Shown one piece after another: positions 23,275 to 36,859 of a stretch of DNA of 44,815 bases. Both the position numbers and the translations under genes were made by a program. The DNA lies in NCBI RefSeq assembly GCF_001194135.2, contig NC_068982.1:17533056-17577870 (forward strand), given 5' to 3'. The notes beneath the pieces were generated by a model. That model was given only the letters and a program-made list of their open reading frames with translations, ran no database searches and was not told where the DNA came from. The stretch's first letter is position 1; every line of letters starts with the position of its first letter. This DNA comes from Octopus bimaculoides (lineage: Eukaryota).

Positions 23275-24912
23275 ATATATATATATATACGAATCCGATA
23301 GGGGGCAAAACGGAACAGACATGGTGTTTTTACACCTTGTTACCATATGGTAGAATTTTTTCTTCTCGGTGACTGCAGTAAATTTGCCTTTAGAAGTTGA
23401 AGTATGTCGCAAAACTAGGTGGTATACATAAAAACATGACAAATATAGGTAATTCTCCGTAAATTGAATTAATGACGAACAACTTTAATCAACTTTCGAA
23501 AATATTTATTTGGTTCCCATCAGAAGTATCTACGCCACTTGACTAACCACAAAAAACTAAAAAGCCAAACTGTTTATATATATNNNNNNNNNNNNNNNNN
23601 NNNNNNNNNNNNNNNNNNNNNNNNNNNNNNNNNNNNNNNNNNNNNNNNNNNNNNNNNNNNNNNNNNNNNNNNNNNNNNNNNNNNNNNNNNNNNNNNNNNN
23701 NNNNNNNNNNNNNNNNNNNNNNNNNNNNNNNNNNNNNNNNNNNNNNNNNNNNNNNNNNNNNNNNNNNNNNNNNNNTATATATATATATATTAATAGTTAT
23801 CGCCAAGCCAACATGGCAGTCCCAAAAAATAGGACAAATGCTGCCGTTGATTAGCTCCAATTTACTAATCGGTTTTACACTGGCTATAAAATAACCGGAT
23901 ATTATCTAACAGCACGTATAAGTAATACCACGTACTCTTCAGAGATAGCAGGCATGGAAAAAAAATCCCTGCAATTTTTGAAGAGTATGTAATATTACGT
24001 ATCCGTGGTATCATATGATATCCAACTATTAAATACCAGTGCAAAACCGATTGAGAAGATCAGCTGCAATTGATCTATAATATTGTATACTTTGATTGAT
24101 ATAACCACTGCCTTGAGAAATGAGTGCATATTTTTTCCTGATATATGGATTCTTAGACGAATACATTTAAATACATACACACACACATACACAAACATAC
24201 ATATACATATATATGTGCATATACATGTTTATATATATGTGTGTGTATACGTAGATACATATACATACGTACATTCATACATACATATATGTACACACAC
24301 ACACACACATATACACACATACGTAAATGAATGACCAACGAGAAGCAGTGTCATTTATATTTCAAAAATCCATTTCTACTGGTTAATCGATCATCCTTGC
24401 TTATCTTGATTATTCTAAACCTCGTAAAAGAGAATATATCCCTTTGCAGGGTGTCTATGTGAAAAATTGACCGTTATAAATCATTTTTTGTTTGTTCTCA
24501 TATATCATAGCAAAGCTATGCTAGCTGGTAAAAAGTAAAAAACACTCTGGATCATGAAGTATTTAGCTTAAGTAAACCAGCAGATAGGATACAGGATACC
24601 GAAACTTCGAGAACTACGTTATGCACACTCGATTTAATGGAAATATTGAATGGGACCGGTACAATCATAGACGTTTGTAAAAAACATATCGCTACAATTA
24701 TGTACTTATTTACACATTTATTATTATGTACTTATTTACACGTTTATCAACTTAGGTTTAGATATAAACCTTATATGTTATAGGTTTTGATATAAACCTT
24801 TAGATATAAACCTATATGTACACATTTATCAACTTAGGTTTAGATATAAATACACATAGGCTTACACCTACATTATAAGCACACACATATCATATGCATA
24901 GAGTTAAGCAGG

Positions 24913-25688
24913 GTCAAGTACAGTGCGTAACCTGGGGATTGCTATGAACACCGATGCTTCGTTTCATGTACATATCACCAAGATGGTGACAATGCGCAAG
25001 CGAATGGCTTGATGGGTTGTGAGAAGTTGCAGAACAGGAGACCAGGAAACTATGTTGGTGCTATGGAAGGCATTTGTTTATAGGTGTATGGGCTACGGCT
25101 TTCAACTCTGTACTCCCAACAGTATCAGATTATTGGCGGAACACGAGGCAGTTCAGCTGTACTACATCAAGAAGATTGCATCCATGAATTACTTGAGCGA
25201 CTGGGAAAGACTGAAAGAATTCCGACTTTACCTTCTGGAGCGAAGACGGGAGAGATATGTGGTGATATACATATGAAGGCTCCTACAAGGGCTGGCACCA
25301 AACTTTGGCTGGGAGAGTTATGCCAGATCTCGAACAAGATGTCACTGCACTGTTTTAGAGGTCCCAATCATTCCGACTATAGTAAGGACCAAGAACTGCA
25401 ATAGTTGAAATTCAAAGGCCCACAGCTATTTAATATCTTGCCAGAAAACCCGAGGAATCTACCCGAAGTGGGCTAAATGTTTACAAGAAGAGCCATGACC
25501 TTTTGCTGACCAAGATCCCAGATTAACCTACATCACGGCAAGAAACTCAAGAGCAGGCAGCACTACCAAGTCAGCCCTTCATCAAAAGCCAATCGTGTGA
25601 GAATGGCCTTTGTAAAGATGATGATACGGGTGGTACCATAAAATGGCACATAATTTGAACTGAAACGCATAAAAAAATTTAAAGAATT
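24913..25688 (+). mobile_element. 5'-truncated CR1-like LINE (C-terminal RT region and 3' UTR), decayed
   Basis: VRNLGIAMNTDASFHVHITKMV..RSCRTGDQETMLVLWKAFVYRCMGYGFQLCTPNS..EAVQLYYIKKIASMNYLSDWERLKEFRLYLLERRRERYVVIYI matches the CR1/L2 ORF2 C-terminal pattern (LGI..D..LSF..H; L.YC..W.P; L.L.SLE.RR.R). Confidence 0.85.
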
Positions 25689-25709
25689 CACAGAGATACA
25701 TACATGCAT

Positions 25710-25741
<32 letters not shown>

Positions 25742-26010
25742 TACATAATACAGGCATACATCATGCAGACACATATTGCTTCATATATTTTCATGTTTTT
25801 CCTATCATGAACACGATATTATCCCATAGTGGTCTTATGTTATTTATGACTGAAGGTACGATTGTTTTGTTATAAAGGTCGCTAGCAACCATTTGCTCGT
25901 TTTTCATTCCACTGTCTTTTAACTCTCTCTCTCTCTCTCTCTCTCTATCTCTATCTCTCTCTCACACACACATACACACACACACATATCCAAGCCACTT
26001 CATATATAAA

Positions 26011-26222
26011 TATTGATTTCAAATTTTGGCACAAAACCAGCAAATTCGAAGGAGGAGCCTAATCATTATTTTGACTCTGCCACTCAATTTATTTTATTCA
26101 CACTGAAAGGACGAAAGGCAAAGTCGACTTAAGCGGCATTTGAACCCAGAACATAAAGATGGACGAAATGCTGCTAAGCACTTCGCCCAACGTGCTAACG
26201 ATTCTGCCATTTTGCCGCCTTC
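26011..26222 (-). mobile_element. SINE family A monomer, tail B, older copy
   Basis: Family A core with more substitutions. Confidence 0.8.
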
Positions 26223-27130
26223 CCTCAAATATAAATATAAAAAACGTCGCTGGTTACACTCTCCCAACTCGTCAGCCATTGAGTTACTGCATTTCTAGTG
26301 GTCAGTGAGCGGGGTGTGTGTCTTTAGTGAGGTACTGAGTAAATATCGTAAGGGAATTCGTGATTAGCGTAAGACATATTATTAATTCTATCATGCCACT
26401 GATCCTCTCAACGATGTAAATCTCCTCACGCTACTTAACCTGTGGAAGTGGACAGGGAGACGGGTGAAATGCTGAATATTTTTTAATGATGCCGACCTAA
26501 ACGCTTTTTAATTAAGTAAATATGTACTTAATTTAAAAAATGTGCAAGAAACAGCGCAGAAAATGTGAAATATATAGAAATAGAATAAAAATGTATAAGA
26601 AATATTAATGTATTAGTTCTGACTTTCAAAGTATACACGAAATCAAAGCGATTGTATTCTATACAATTTTTTTAATTAACTGATATAGCTGTTTCTAATT
26701 ACCAAAGCAAAATTCGGGGATGTAAGGAAACCCATAAACCCAATTTTGTTCAACTTCCAACAGTGTGACTCTGTTCTAATGTCCATAAAATACTTTCTTT
26801 TGATCTTTCAGCCGAAACATTAATTACTATATTAAGGGTACTCGATGATAGAATCAATTGAGTACCACTAAACAAAGTTTCTTGATAGTTTTTAGTTACG
26901 TTTCATTACCTTCTGTGTTCAAGTCTCACTAGAGCCAGCTTGGCCTTTCATCTTTCCAGATTTGTTAAAAGTAAAGAGTAACCAAGCATTAAGGTAGGCT
27001 CAATCTGTGTTTATGAATTAACATTAATATACTAGTACGGTGCATTATCGAAAATTGTGACAAGGTTTACTAATCTCAGTGGTGCATCTGCTCAAAACGA
27101 GCGGTGAAATCATTGATAAATTTTTTCCCT

Positions 27131-27435
27131 AAAGACTTGAAAGAGAAACTTAGTCACTGTTTTTTATGCTGACCCAAATATCTGGGAGGCAATCGCCAAG
27201 GACCGCTCAAAGTGGCGGCATGTCATTATCGAGGGAACAAACCTGATCGAAAATAACAGATGTCAAGGGGCAGAGGTCAGACATCGAAGATGCAAATAGT
27301 GATACGCACTTCCTCGTCCCCTACCAACAATCCTCTGAGATAAATGCCCCCTTCTATATAACCCTTGGCCTGAACAGCCGCCTCAGATACCGGCACCCTT
27401 TGCATCTATCGAGATGAAGAGGCTCAACCATTGGT
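27131..27435 (+). mobile_element. RTE-like LINE 3' fragment
   Basis: KDLKEKLSHCF/YADPNIWEAIAKDRSKWRHVIIEGTNLIENNRCQGAEVRHRRCK matches the RTE ORF C-terminus (WE.LA.DR..WR..V..G). Confidence 0.75.
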
Positions 27436-27466
27436 TACAGATATATTACTCGGATACAAGTTAACG

Positions 27467-27500
<34 letters not shown>

Positions 27501-27510
27501 NNNNNNNNNN

Positions 27511-27543
<33 letters not shown>

Positions 27544-27839
27544 TCCATGTAGAATTCAGCATACCAATGGAATGACTCAATGCTGAAGGCTGATAAATAT
27601 ATTTTTTGATTGATAAACGCTAAAATAAGCAACTGATGTTTACAGATGTTTATAGAATGAATTAAACGTAATCTTGTTTTGAGAATATTCCGATAAGCCG
27701 ACAAAGCGTGAAGCGGATATCCATCCTACTTGAAACAGCAAACACATTATACGCTAATGTCTTTAAAAAGGAAGGACACATGGGATAATGTGGTCATGTG
27801 TTTACTGTGTCAAGGAAAAAAGCAATATGCTCAAGACTG

Positions 27840-28354
27840 AAGGCGGCGAGGTGGCAGAAACGTTAGCACGCCGGGCGAAATGCTTAGCGGTATTTCGACT
27901 GCCGTTACGTTCTGAGTTCAAATTCCACCGGGGTCGACTTTGCCTTTCATCCTTTCGGGATCGATTAAATTAGTACCAATTACGCACTGAGGTCGATGTA
28001 ATCGACTTAATCCGTTTGTCTATCCTTGTTTGTCCCCTTTGTGTGTAGCCCCCTGTGAGCAATGAAGAAATAAGAAACGTTAGCACTGGGGTCGATGTAA
28101 TCGACTTGACCCCTTTGTCTGTCCTTGTTTGTCCCCTCTATGTTTAGCCTCTTGTGGGCAATAAAGAAAGAAGAAACGTTAACATGCCGGGCGAAATACT
28201 TAGTGGTATTTCGTCTGCCGACACGTTCTGAGTTCAAATTCCGCCGAGGTCGATTTTCCCTTTCATCCTTTCGGGGTCGATTAAATAAGTACCAGTTGCG
28301 GCTTTGGGTCGTTCTAATCGATTGGTCCCCTCCCCCAAAATTTCGTGCCTTGTG
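27840..28354 (+). mobile_element. Head-to-tail trimer of SINE family A: full unit tail A, internally deleted unit tail A, 5'-clipped unit tail B
   Basis: Junctions at 28074/28075 and 28173/28174; A and B boxes in the first unit. Confidence 0.9.
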
Positions 28355-28469
28355 AAAAGAATATGTTCACGACTGGGATATTCCTTGATATAAGTCTTCT
28401 ATTTTTGTGCTGACGTGGAGATTAGCAACAACAACAGCAACAACTGATACAGGAGCCGATGATGTAGCC

Positions 28470-28665
28470 TCTGCGTAGATTAACGACTTGCAGGAGATAG
28501 TAGCTAAATCACCCTCTAATCACAACTGACTACTGTAAGAAAACAATGTGACATGAAATAACCTAGTTCTAGACGCAGAAATGGTTGACTTATCTCTGAA
28601 ATACGTATGGCTTAACGTCTGCTTAACCGCGGTTTACTTGGGGTTAAACAACAACAACAATAGCT
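28470..28665 (+). mobile_element. Interspersed repeat family D with (AAC)n tail
   Basis: gacttgcaggagatagtagctaaatcacc ... tggggttaaacaacaacaac. Confidence 0.5.
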
Positions 28666-28960
28666 ATAATTGCTTCAGTGATAAGCGACGGATATGAAGG
28701 GAAGTATGTATTACTCAATCTTCAACTAGTAACTCTAACCTGCTGCCAATGTCGTATAGCAAAGTTAAGCTTCTCTGACTTGACTACTGCTAACACATTT
28801 GAAAAAAGCATAGCATCTTTAACATTATATTTGTCATTTCCTATCAAAGACAGATTTAAATGTTTTAACAACGTCTTTCCTGCTTCATATTTAGATTTGA
28901 AAATAAATCACTTATTACTCTATTTCTTCTGGAATGCACTAACTTTATTTCAATTAATAA

Positions 28961-29092
28961 TGGTTTTAAATTTTGGCCACAAAGCCAGTAATTTCGGAGG
29001 AGGGGCTAGTGGATTACATCAACCCCAATGCTCAACCGATACTTATTTTATCAATCCCAAAGGAATGAGGCAAAGTCGACTTTGGTGGAATT
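28961..29092 (-). mobile_element. SINE family A 3' fragment, tail B
   Basis: ggcaaagtcgactttggtggaatt plus tail B. Confidence 0.75.
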
Positions 29093-30419
29093 ATTTCAAC
29101 TTTTATTGAAAATATGGAAGTATAATTAAAATAATTGTTATTATTGAACCTGTGTTTGGAACATAAATTAACATGTAATTTTAATAGAAGTCTTTAATTC
29201 AGATCACATTAAAAAGGAAACTTACATCATAGAACCGGGATCGGTCCCGGCTAGGTTGCTAGCTATCAAAATAATATACAATTTTTGAATGATATTTTCA
29301 AAATATTCGGTAAAAAGGGAGAAGGAATATTGTCGCCAACAGTATTGTTTATACACATTGTAGAAATATTTTCATAGCTTAACACATTTGCTTAGCGTAT
29401 TCTTATTGATGGAAGAGAAAAAGAAAACGGTTTTTAATAAAAAATCTCTATCGTAGCGCTCGAAGGAGGATTTCTCGTCGCCTTTTTTCTTTCTCTCCTT
29501 TTTCTGTCTTTTTTTAAAGACTGCATCGTATCTAATTGCTAATATAACTCAATATTACTAAGTTTTCAATCATGTCTGACTGTTATGAAATTCATCGAAT
29601 ATGTGCACATGTATTACTGTCTATCTCTGTGAAACTCATTGAAATTTGTATGAAGATTTAATTTTTTAAGCTTGTTTTTCCGAATTTTCCCTGGTAATTT
29701 CAATCCCTCCTATACCCTTTATTTATTTATTTATTTTATATTTACCATCGATAAACAAAAAAAAAAAATTGTCGAAACCGGTTTGGTATATTAATAGACC
29801 TGTTACAAAATTTTAAAACGACTACACATTTTAAGACTCCAAGTGAATTTTCAAACCCCAAAATAAATTCTATTATATTCTTTCCTGCGTGTGAATACAC
29901 TTATTTTCTCCACACACACACTCACGCATCAGCGATTTCAGCACTACGTTCATCTCGACGCTATCGAAGACCTTTTCCTAATCAACAAAAACAATACACA
30001 GGGGAAGCGTGTATCCGTTCGCTTGTTCTTTGAGCTGTGTTAGAGTGAACACGGGATCTGTCGTACTATTTTATTCTTACGGAAACCTGCTTGCCCTCTC
30101 GGATGCTGGTCGTCGAGACGTTTTGATAGTCTGGTGACTATGACCTTTGGAATGGAAGGTGTCGAGGCGCAATAGATCAAACTACTCTGAGACACGAATC
30201 CTGGATGAATCTAGGAAGTGTAATTTCCAGGCCAGTGATGTGATCTGAGACTGTCTGTTGAAATTGAGACAATTATTGAGTAGAAGACGTATTTTAACCA
30301 TGCAAATTACACAAAACTTGTTAACTTCACCAAATGTTCAAGTGATATTAACGATCTTTGTGTGCTTTCGAATGGCTAATACGTGTCTTCCATGCTGTAA
30401 TTGTTTTAGAAATTCTTAC

Positions 30420-30429
30420 AATACATACA

Positions 30430-30463
<34 letters not shown>

Positions 30464-30725
30464 CATGCATACATATACATATATATATATATATGTATAT
30501 ATGTATATACATACATATATACATACATACGTACATATATATATATACATATATATATACATACATATATATACATATATATATACATATATATATATAT
30601 ACATATATACACATACACACACATATATATATACACACATATATACACATATATATATACACACATATATACACATATATATACACACACCCCACACATA
30701 TATATAGATACATATATATAAATAT
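30420..30725. repeat. (TACA)/(TA)/(CA) compound microsatellite running into a gap
   Basis: Direct. Confidence 0.95.
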
Positions 30726-31685
30726 NNNNNNNNNNNNNNNNNNNNNNNNNNNNNNNNNNNNNNNNNNNNNNNNNNNNNNNNNNNNNNNNNNNNNNNNNNN
30801 NNNNNNNNNNNNNNNNNNNNNNNNNNNNNNNNNNNNNNNNNNNNNNNNNNNNNNNNNNNNNNNNNNNNNNNNNNNNNNNNNNNNNNNNNNNNNNNNNNNN
30901 NNNNNNNNNNNNNNNNNNNNNNNNNNNNNNNNNNNNNNNNNNNNNNNNNNNNNNNNNNNNNNNNNNNNNNNNNNNNNNNNNNNNNNNNNNNNNNNNNNNT
31001 ATATATATATATATACATGTATATATATATATACATATGTATCTTTATATACAATCACACACGCATAAATACATATGCATGCATGCATCTATATCAATTT
31101 GTCTGTCTGTTTGTCTGTCTATCTGTCTGTCTGTCTCTCTCTCTCTCTCTGTCTCTCTATTTGTCTGTCTATATATGTGTATGTGCGTGTGTATGTGTGG
31201 GCATGGGCGTGCGCATGAGTGTGTGTCTTATACGTGCATGCGCGCGTGTGTATTATCGATATATCTGTACGCAATCACAAATTTATCGATGAAAGAAAAC
31301 AATATTCTGCACTTGTAGTTTTAGTGTTTGTATTAGCAGATTCATTCAGAATCGAATTACTTGAAGTTTCAAAGTTACAAACAGAAAACGAAGAAAATGA
31401 ACAAACACATATGTGAAATTCCAAGATCTGCAATCTTGAGTCACGCAGTTAATATAATTATATAATTTTGCAGAGACATTGCCCATAGGGAAGTTTTCTG
31501 ATAGTCATTATAATGAAAATTTTCCTTTTTTTTCTTTCCGTCTGTCTGTCCCATTTTCTGGATGCAATCAGCTCTGGCCAGATCGTGAGAAGGAGAGACT
31601 CCGCCAGATCTGAAAATGGCTAAGACCCCGGTGTATGCTACAACAGCATTCCTAAGACCATGTCGGGAGTTGAGGGCCACGTTAC

Positions 31686-31719
<34 letters not shown>

Positions 31720-32929
31720 NNNNNNNNNNNNNNNNNNNNNNNNNNNNNNNNNNNNNNNNNNNNNNNNNNNNNNNNNNNNNNNNNNNNNNNNNNNNNNNNN
31801 NNNNNNNNNNNNNNNNNNNNNNNNNNNNNNNNNNNNNNNNNNNNNNNNNNNNNNNNNNNNNNNNNNNNNNNNNNNNNNNNNNNNNNNNNNNNNNNNNNNN
31901 NNNNNNNNNNNNNNNNNNNNNNNNNNNNNNNNNNNNNNNNNNNNNNNNNNNNNNNNNNNNNNNNNNNNNNNNNNNNNNNNNNNNNNNNNNNNNNNNNNNN
32001 NNNNNNNNNNNNNNNNNNNNNNNNNNNNNNNNNNNNNNNNNNNNNNNNNNNNNNNNNNNNNNNNNNNNNNNNNNNNNNNNNNNNNNNNNNNNNNNNNNNN
32101 NNNNNNNNNNNNNNNNNNNNNNNNNNNNNNNNNNNNNNNNNNNNNNNNNNNNNNNNNNNNNNNNNNNNNNNNNNNNNNNNNNNNNNNNNNNNNNNNNNNN
32201 NNNNNNNNNNNNNNNNNNNNNNNNNNNNNNNNNNNNNNNNNNNNNNNNNNNNNNNNNNNNNNNNNNNNNNNNNNNNNNNNNNNNNNNNNNNNNNNNNNNN
32301 NNNNNNNNNNNNNNNNNNNNNNNNNNNNNNNNNNNNNNNNNNNNNNNNNNNNNNNNNNNNNNNNNNNNNNNNNNNNNNNNNNNNNNNNNNNNNNNNNNNN
32401 NNNNNNNNNNNNNNNNNNNNNNNNNNNNNNNNNNNNNNNNNNNNNNNNNNNNNNNNNNNNNNNNNNNNNNNNNNNNNNNNNNNNNNNNNNNNNNNNNNNN
32501 NNNNNNNNNNNNNNNNNNNNNNNNNNNNNNNNNNNNNNNNNNNNNNNNNNNNNNNNNNNNNNNNNNNNNNNNNNNNNNNNNNNNNNNNNNNNNNNNNNNN
32601 NNNNNNNNNNNNNNNNTGTGTGTGTGTGTGTGTGTGTAACCGAAAAAACTATCAGCTGACACCCTCTTGAAATATATAAATCAGACTATAGAGGTTTCGA
32701 TTGTTTATAATTTTTAGAGCAAAACAGAACCTCGCCAACATTATGACTCCAGATGTGTGTTAGGTGTTCAGGGTAGCTTTTTCTCTTAGCACACATTCTT
32801 TATATACAATATCTTCCTGGACAGAGAGAAAGGGCTCATTTTCACTTTACTGTTGTGATTGTCATGACGACTAGGTAACCTTATCAATCCTTTGTGGAAA
32901 AAACTGCTTATAAATACGAGATTATAAAG

Positions 32930-33210
32930 GACTTATGCCACGTGATCACGTGACCGACCAGGCTATCAGATTCTGCAGCCTATCGCTGGTCACGTTGATG
33001 TTTTGTATTGTTTTAGCCTTCAAATGACGCCACCCCGCTGGCTAGGTGAGCAGACCAACATCTGAACCCCACCCACGATCGAAAGAGGGACTGGAGCAAC
33101 ATGAAAAAGTGTTTTGCTCAAGAACGCAACGCGTTGCCCACTCAGGGAATCGAACCCATGATGTAGCGATCATGCGTACAACAGCCTAACCTCTAGGTAG
33201 CACACACACC
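32930..33210 (-). mobile_element. SINE family C-related copy with a different 3' tail
   Basis: Reverse complement has a tRNA-like head with GGGTTCGATTCC and the family C core ttcttgagcaaaacact..atgttgctccagtcc. Confidence 0.7.
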
Positions 33211-33313
33211 TTCTCATAGGACTTTAGTAAATCTTGAAAACCGATTCATGTACATAGTGTGTTCTTGGTAGCTCGTTCGATAAATTTCTGCTGCACTTGG
33301 ATTAACAATGTTG

Positions 33314-33551
33314 AATATTTATTTCTTTATTGCCCACAAGGGGCTAAACATAGAGGGGACAAACAAGGATAGACAAAGGAATTAAGTCGATTACATTGAC
33401 CCTGTGCGTAACTGGTACTTATTTAATTTGACCCCGAAAGGATGAAAGGCAAAGTCAACCTCGGAGGAATTTGAACTCAGAACGTAAAGACAGACGAAAT
33501 ACCACTTAGCATTTCGCCTGTCGTGCTAACGACTCTGCCAGCTCACCGCCC
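33314..33551 (-). mobile_element. Full-length SINE family A monomer (tail A) with target-site duplication
   Basis: TSD TTAACAATGTTG at 33302-33313 and 33552-33563, extendable to 19 bp with one mismatch. Confidence 0.92.
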
Positions 33552-33785
33552 TTAACAATGTTGTATATTTCGATATTATGTTTCATCTCGGTCAGTAACA
33601 TCGTACGATTGAAATTGAACCAGTTGATTTCTGTTTTCTGTCCACCGAGTCAGAGCATATAAAGATTATAAAGTTTATAAAAATAGATATCGCTATACGT
33701 AGAGTGCTCAATATAATTTATAGATTTATTCTGTTGTACGATGCTTGTATATACACACATATACATAAAAAAAAAAATATATATA

Positions 33786-33996
33786 CACGGTGCGGCAGAA
33801 ATACTTCCCACATTTGAAAGGTTGACAAAACGAAAAAGAAACAACATTTCTGAAAAATTAATTTTACTGTTGTTTAAAGAAAGGGTGACGGTTTTTGTTC
33901 ATTAGCTAAATGAAAACATCATTAGCACTTACATAAGTTCAGTAGCAACATATAGGTGAAAGTTTAAAATGTGGGAGGTATTTCTGCTGCACCCAG
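33786..33996. mobile_element. Mariner/Tc1-type MITE (211 bp)
   Basis: TIRs CACGGTGCGGCAGAAATACTTCCCACATTTGAAA and CTGGGTGCAGCAGAAATACCTCCCACATTTTAAA (5 mismatches in 34); TA flanks at 33784-85 and 33997-98; no ORF. Confidence 0.88.
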
Positions 33997-34186
33997 TATA
34001 TATGTAGTCATAGTTAAATTTATGTATTTATACAAGCACTCACACATATATGTATGTGTGTGTATATAAATATCAAATATATGCATGTATGTGTAAATAT
34101 TTGCGCATACACATACACATACGCACACAAACACAGATACATACGCGTTACAGCAACTTTACACACGGCATTATAAATCGTGTATA

Positions 34187-34395
34187 AAGGCAGAGACCTG
34201 GCAGAATCGTTAGCACGCTGGACGAAATGCTTAGCGGCATTCCGCCGGGTCGCTACGTTCTATGTTCAAATTCCGTCGTGGTCGACTTTGCCTTTCATCA
34301 TTTCGAGGTTGATAAATTAAGTACCAGTTGGGGTCGATCTCATCGACTAGAACCCTCTTCCAAAATTTCGGGCCTTGTGCCCAGAGTAGAAAATA
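34187..34395 (+). mobile_element. SINE family A monomer, tail B; a second isolated tail B lies at ~34470-34530
   Basis: tggcagaatcgttagcacgc..gttcaaattcc..caaaatttcgggccttgtgccc. Confidence 0.85.
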
Positions 34396-34890
34396 ATTTA
34401 TTTTACAAAAGTATAGCCTGGGCTAGAGTGCATCCTATGCACTCGTGCGTCTTATAGGCCATCAAATACGGTAATCGACTAACCCCTCGCTCAAATTTCA
34501 GGCTTTGTGCCTATAGTAAAAAGGATTATAGATTGTGTACATACATGCATATTACAGTATACATCCTTACATCTAGAAACCAAACATAAAATAGTTACCC
34601 CACCCATACAGATAACGATTCTCTCCTTATTTTCTTCGCCTAATTTGATGAAATTAAACGCAAAATATTTTAATATTTTTATATAAAAGCGTATATCTTT
34701 ACGTTGAATGTAAACAAACCATTAAAAAATACCCGATTATCTAAAGTAAAACTACAGCAATAGGAAAAACAACAAAGGTAATAGATATATACGCATATAT
34801 ACATGCGTACATACATGCATATATGCATATATAATTACACGTATACATGTAGACGTGTATGTATATGCATTATGTGCATAATCGTATGTC

Positions 34891-34937
<47 letters not shown>

Positions 34938-34946
34938 AGTGCGCGC

Positions 34947-34983
<37 letters not shown>

Positions 34984-35179
34984 GTTATATACATTATGCA
35001 CATATATATTATATTATATATAATAAATGTATGTATTTATATGTGTGTACTTGTGTGTGTGTTTGTATATGTATGTATATCTATGTCTATCTATCAACAG
35101 GCAAACAAACATATATAATTACACGTATGTATGTATACATATATGTATTTGCATGTGTGCTGTGCGCATAATTGTGTGT

Positions 35180-35220
<41 letters not shown>

Positions 35221-35274
35221 CATACATACATACATGCATTCACACACACACACACACATATATATATATAATTT

Positions 35275-35321
35275 TATTCTTTTACTTGTTTCAGTCATTT
35301 GACTGCAGCCATACTGGAGCA
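35275..35321 (-). mobile_element. SINE family B 3' terminal fragment
   Basis: ttttacttgtttcagtcatttgactgcagccatactggagca. Confidence 0.75.
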
Positions 35322-35393
35322 GTGCGTGTATATTGATGTGTAAATGTGTTTGTATACATATGTATATCTTTCCCTTTCCCTACCCCTCTCCCT

Positions 35394-35462
<69 letters not shown>

Positions 35463-35802
35463 GTAGAATTATGCGCGCATGCACACACATGTGACCAGTG
35501 AAATTATGAACTACACTGAACCAAATCAAAGACGTATCCAATAAGAAAAGACCTTTTCTTCTACGCTTCTTTCACCCTCAAAGCTCATTTAAATAGCAAC
35601 AATGTCAAAACACAAAACCGAACCGTGATGCAAATATACTGTATAAAGTTTAACTAAAGAAAACAATGAGATTGCAAGAAATTATACAATTATTTTCTTC
35701 AATATTTACTTTTCAATGATAGCGTGAAAGAGAACCTTATTTAATTGAGCTGTATGACGTTGTTAATAGAGCCCAGCTGGAACAAAACAAATACCCATCA
35801 CA

Positions 35803-35807
<5 letters not shown>

Positions 35808-35888
<81 letters not shown>
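35808..35888. repeat. (TA)n microsatellite; one of many TA/CA/TG tracts at 34780-35470 and 36270-36690
   Basis: Direct. Confidence 0.95.
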
Positions 35889-35891
<3 letters not shown>

Positions 35892-36269
35892 TCATATATT
35901 TACATATACGTGCATACACACATACGTACATATGAATGTATGTATGCAGATGTATATATGAAAGAAAATATCTAATGGAGACAATGAGTGTATCAAAGAA
36001 TCTTGTCAGTGTACTAGGAAGCCCGTGGGGTCAATGCGATAACCTGACTAAGCGTATCGTCTGATATTTAGGTGAGCCAATGAGAACCACGGATCTCGTG
36101 AGCCCTTCGTTAGAATCCGTTTACAGTAGAATAACTCTATGCTGATAACTGGTGAAAATATGGGCGTAGCTGAAAACTTGTTAAATCGTTTTATTCGCTC
36201 TCCTTAATCTGGGAGACACAAGTTTATATTGTTGTCTAGTCTTTGTGTTGTTTGTATTCAGTTGAACAT

Positions 36270-36303
<34 letters not shown>

Positions 36304-36632
36304 CTTGTGTGCATTTGTGTGTGGTGTGTGGTGCGTTGTCAAAGGCTTCGTTTGTACAATTCTAGGTTAGTCCTTTATCCAGACGTTTCATGTTAGTCTC
36401 CTGTCATTGTACTTATTTTTGTTTCCTTTTAATTTAGTTGTTTCAGTTTTGGCATGTTCTGTGTAGACTTCATGTTTCGCTGCTATTTGGCCGTTGTTGT
36501 TGTTGTTGTTTTTATATACATCGTCTTTAGGTCATTAAATTCTGATAAGCTATGTGCTTAGATAAATTATGACGTTAGCTGCTCAGATCGTACTTAGTTG
36601 CTCAGGCTTACTTGTAAAACACCACATTGAAA

Positions 36633-36691
<59 letters not shown>

Positions 36692-36859
36692 ATTGGTTCA
36701 AGGCAAGTTACAACAGAAATTGCTAAGAAAGTAGAATGCTAGATTTCACGCGTTGCTGTAGCTTCCAGTTCAGAGCACAAATGTCTATCGATATCAACTT
36801 TATATATGAGGGTAGTCACTTGTAGTCCGAGAAAAAGTCTCTCCTGCAATTCCTTGCTG

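Noticed and set aside
28679-28703. 25-nt mini-exon candidate (VISDGYEGK)
   Set aside because: It sits next to a repeat tail and its phase cannot be linked to other candidate exons; the chance of such a pair in 45 kb is high.
32939-32952. Perfect double E-box palindrome CACGTGATCACGTG
   Set aside because: It lies in the tail of a SINE family C-related copy, so it is probably repeat-derived rather than locus-specific.
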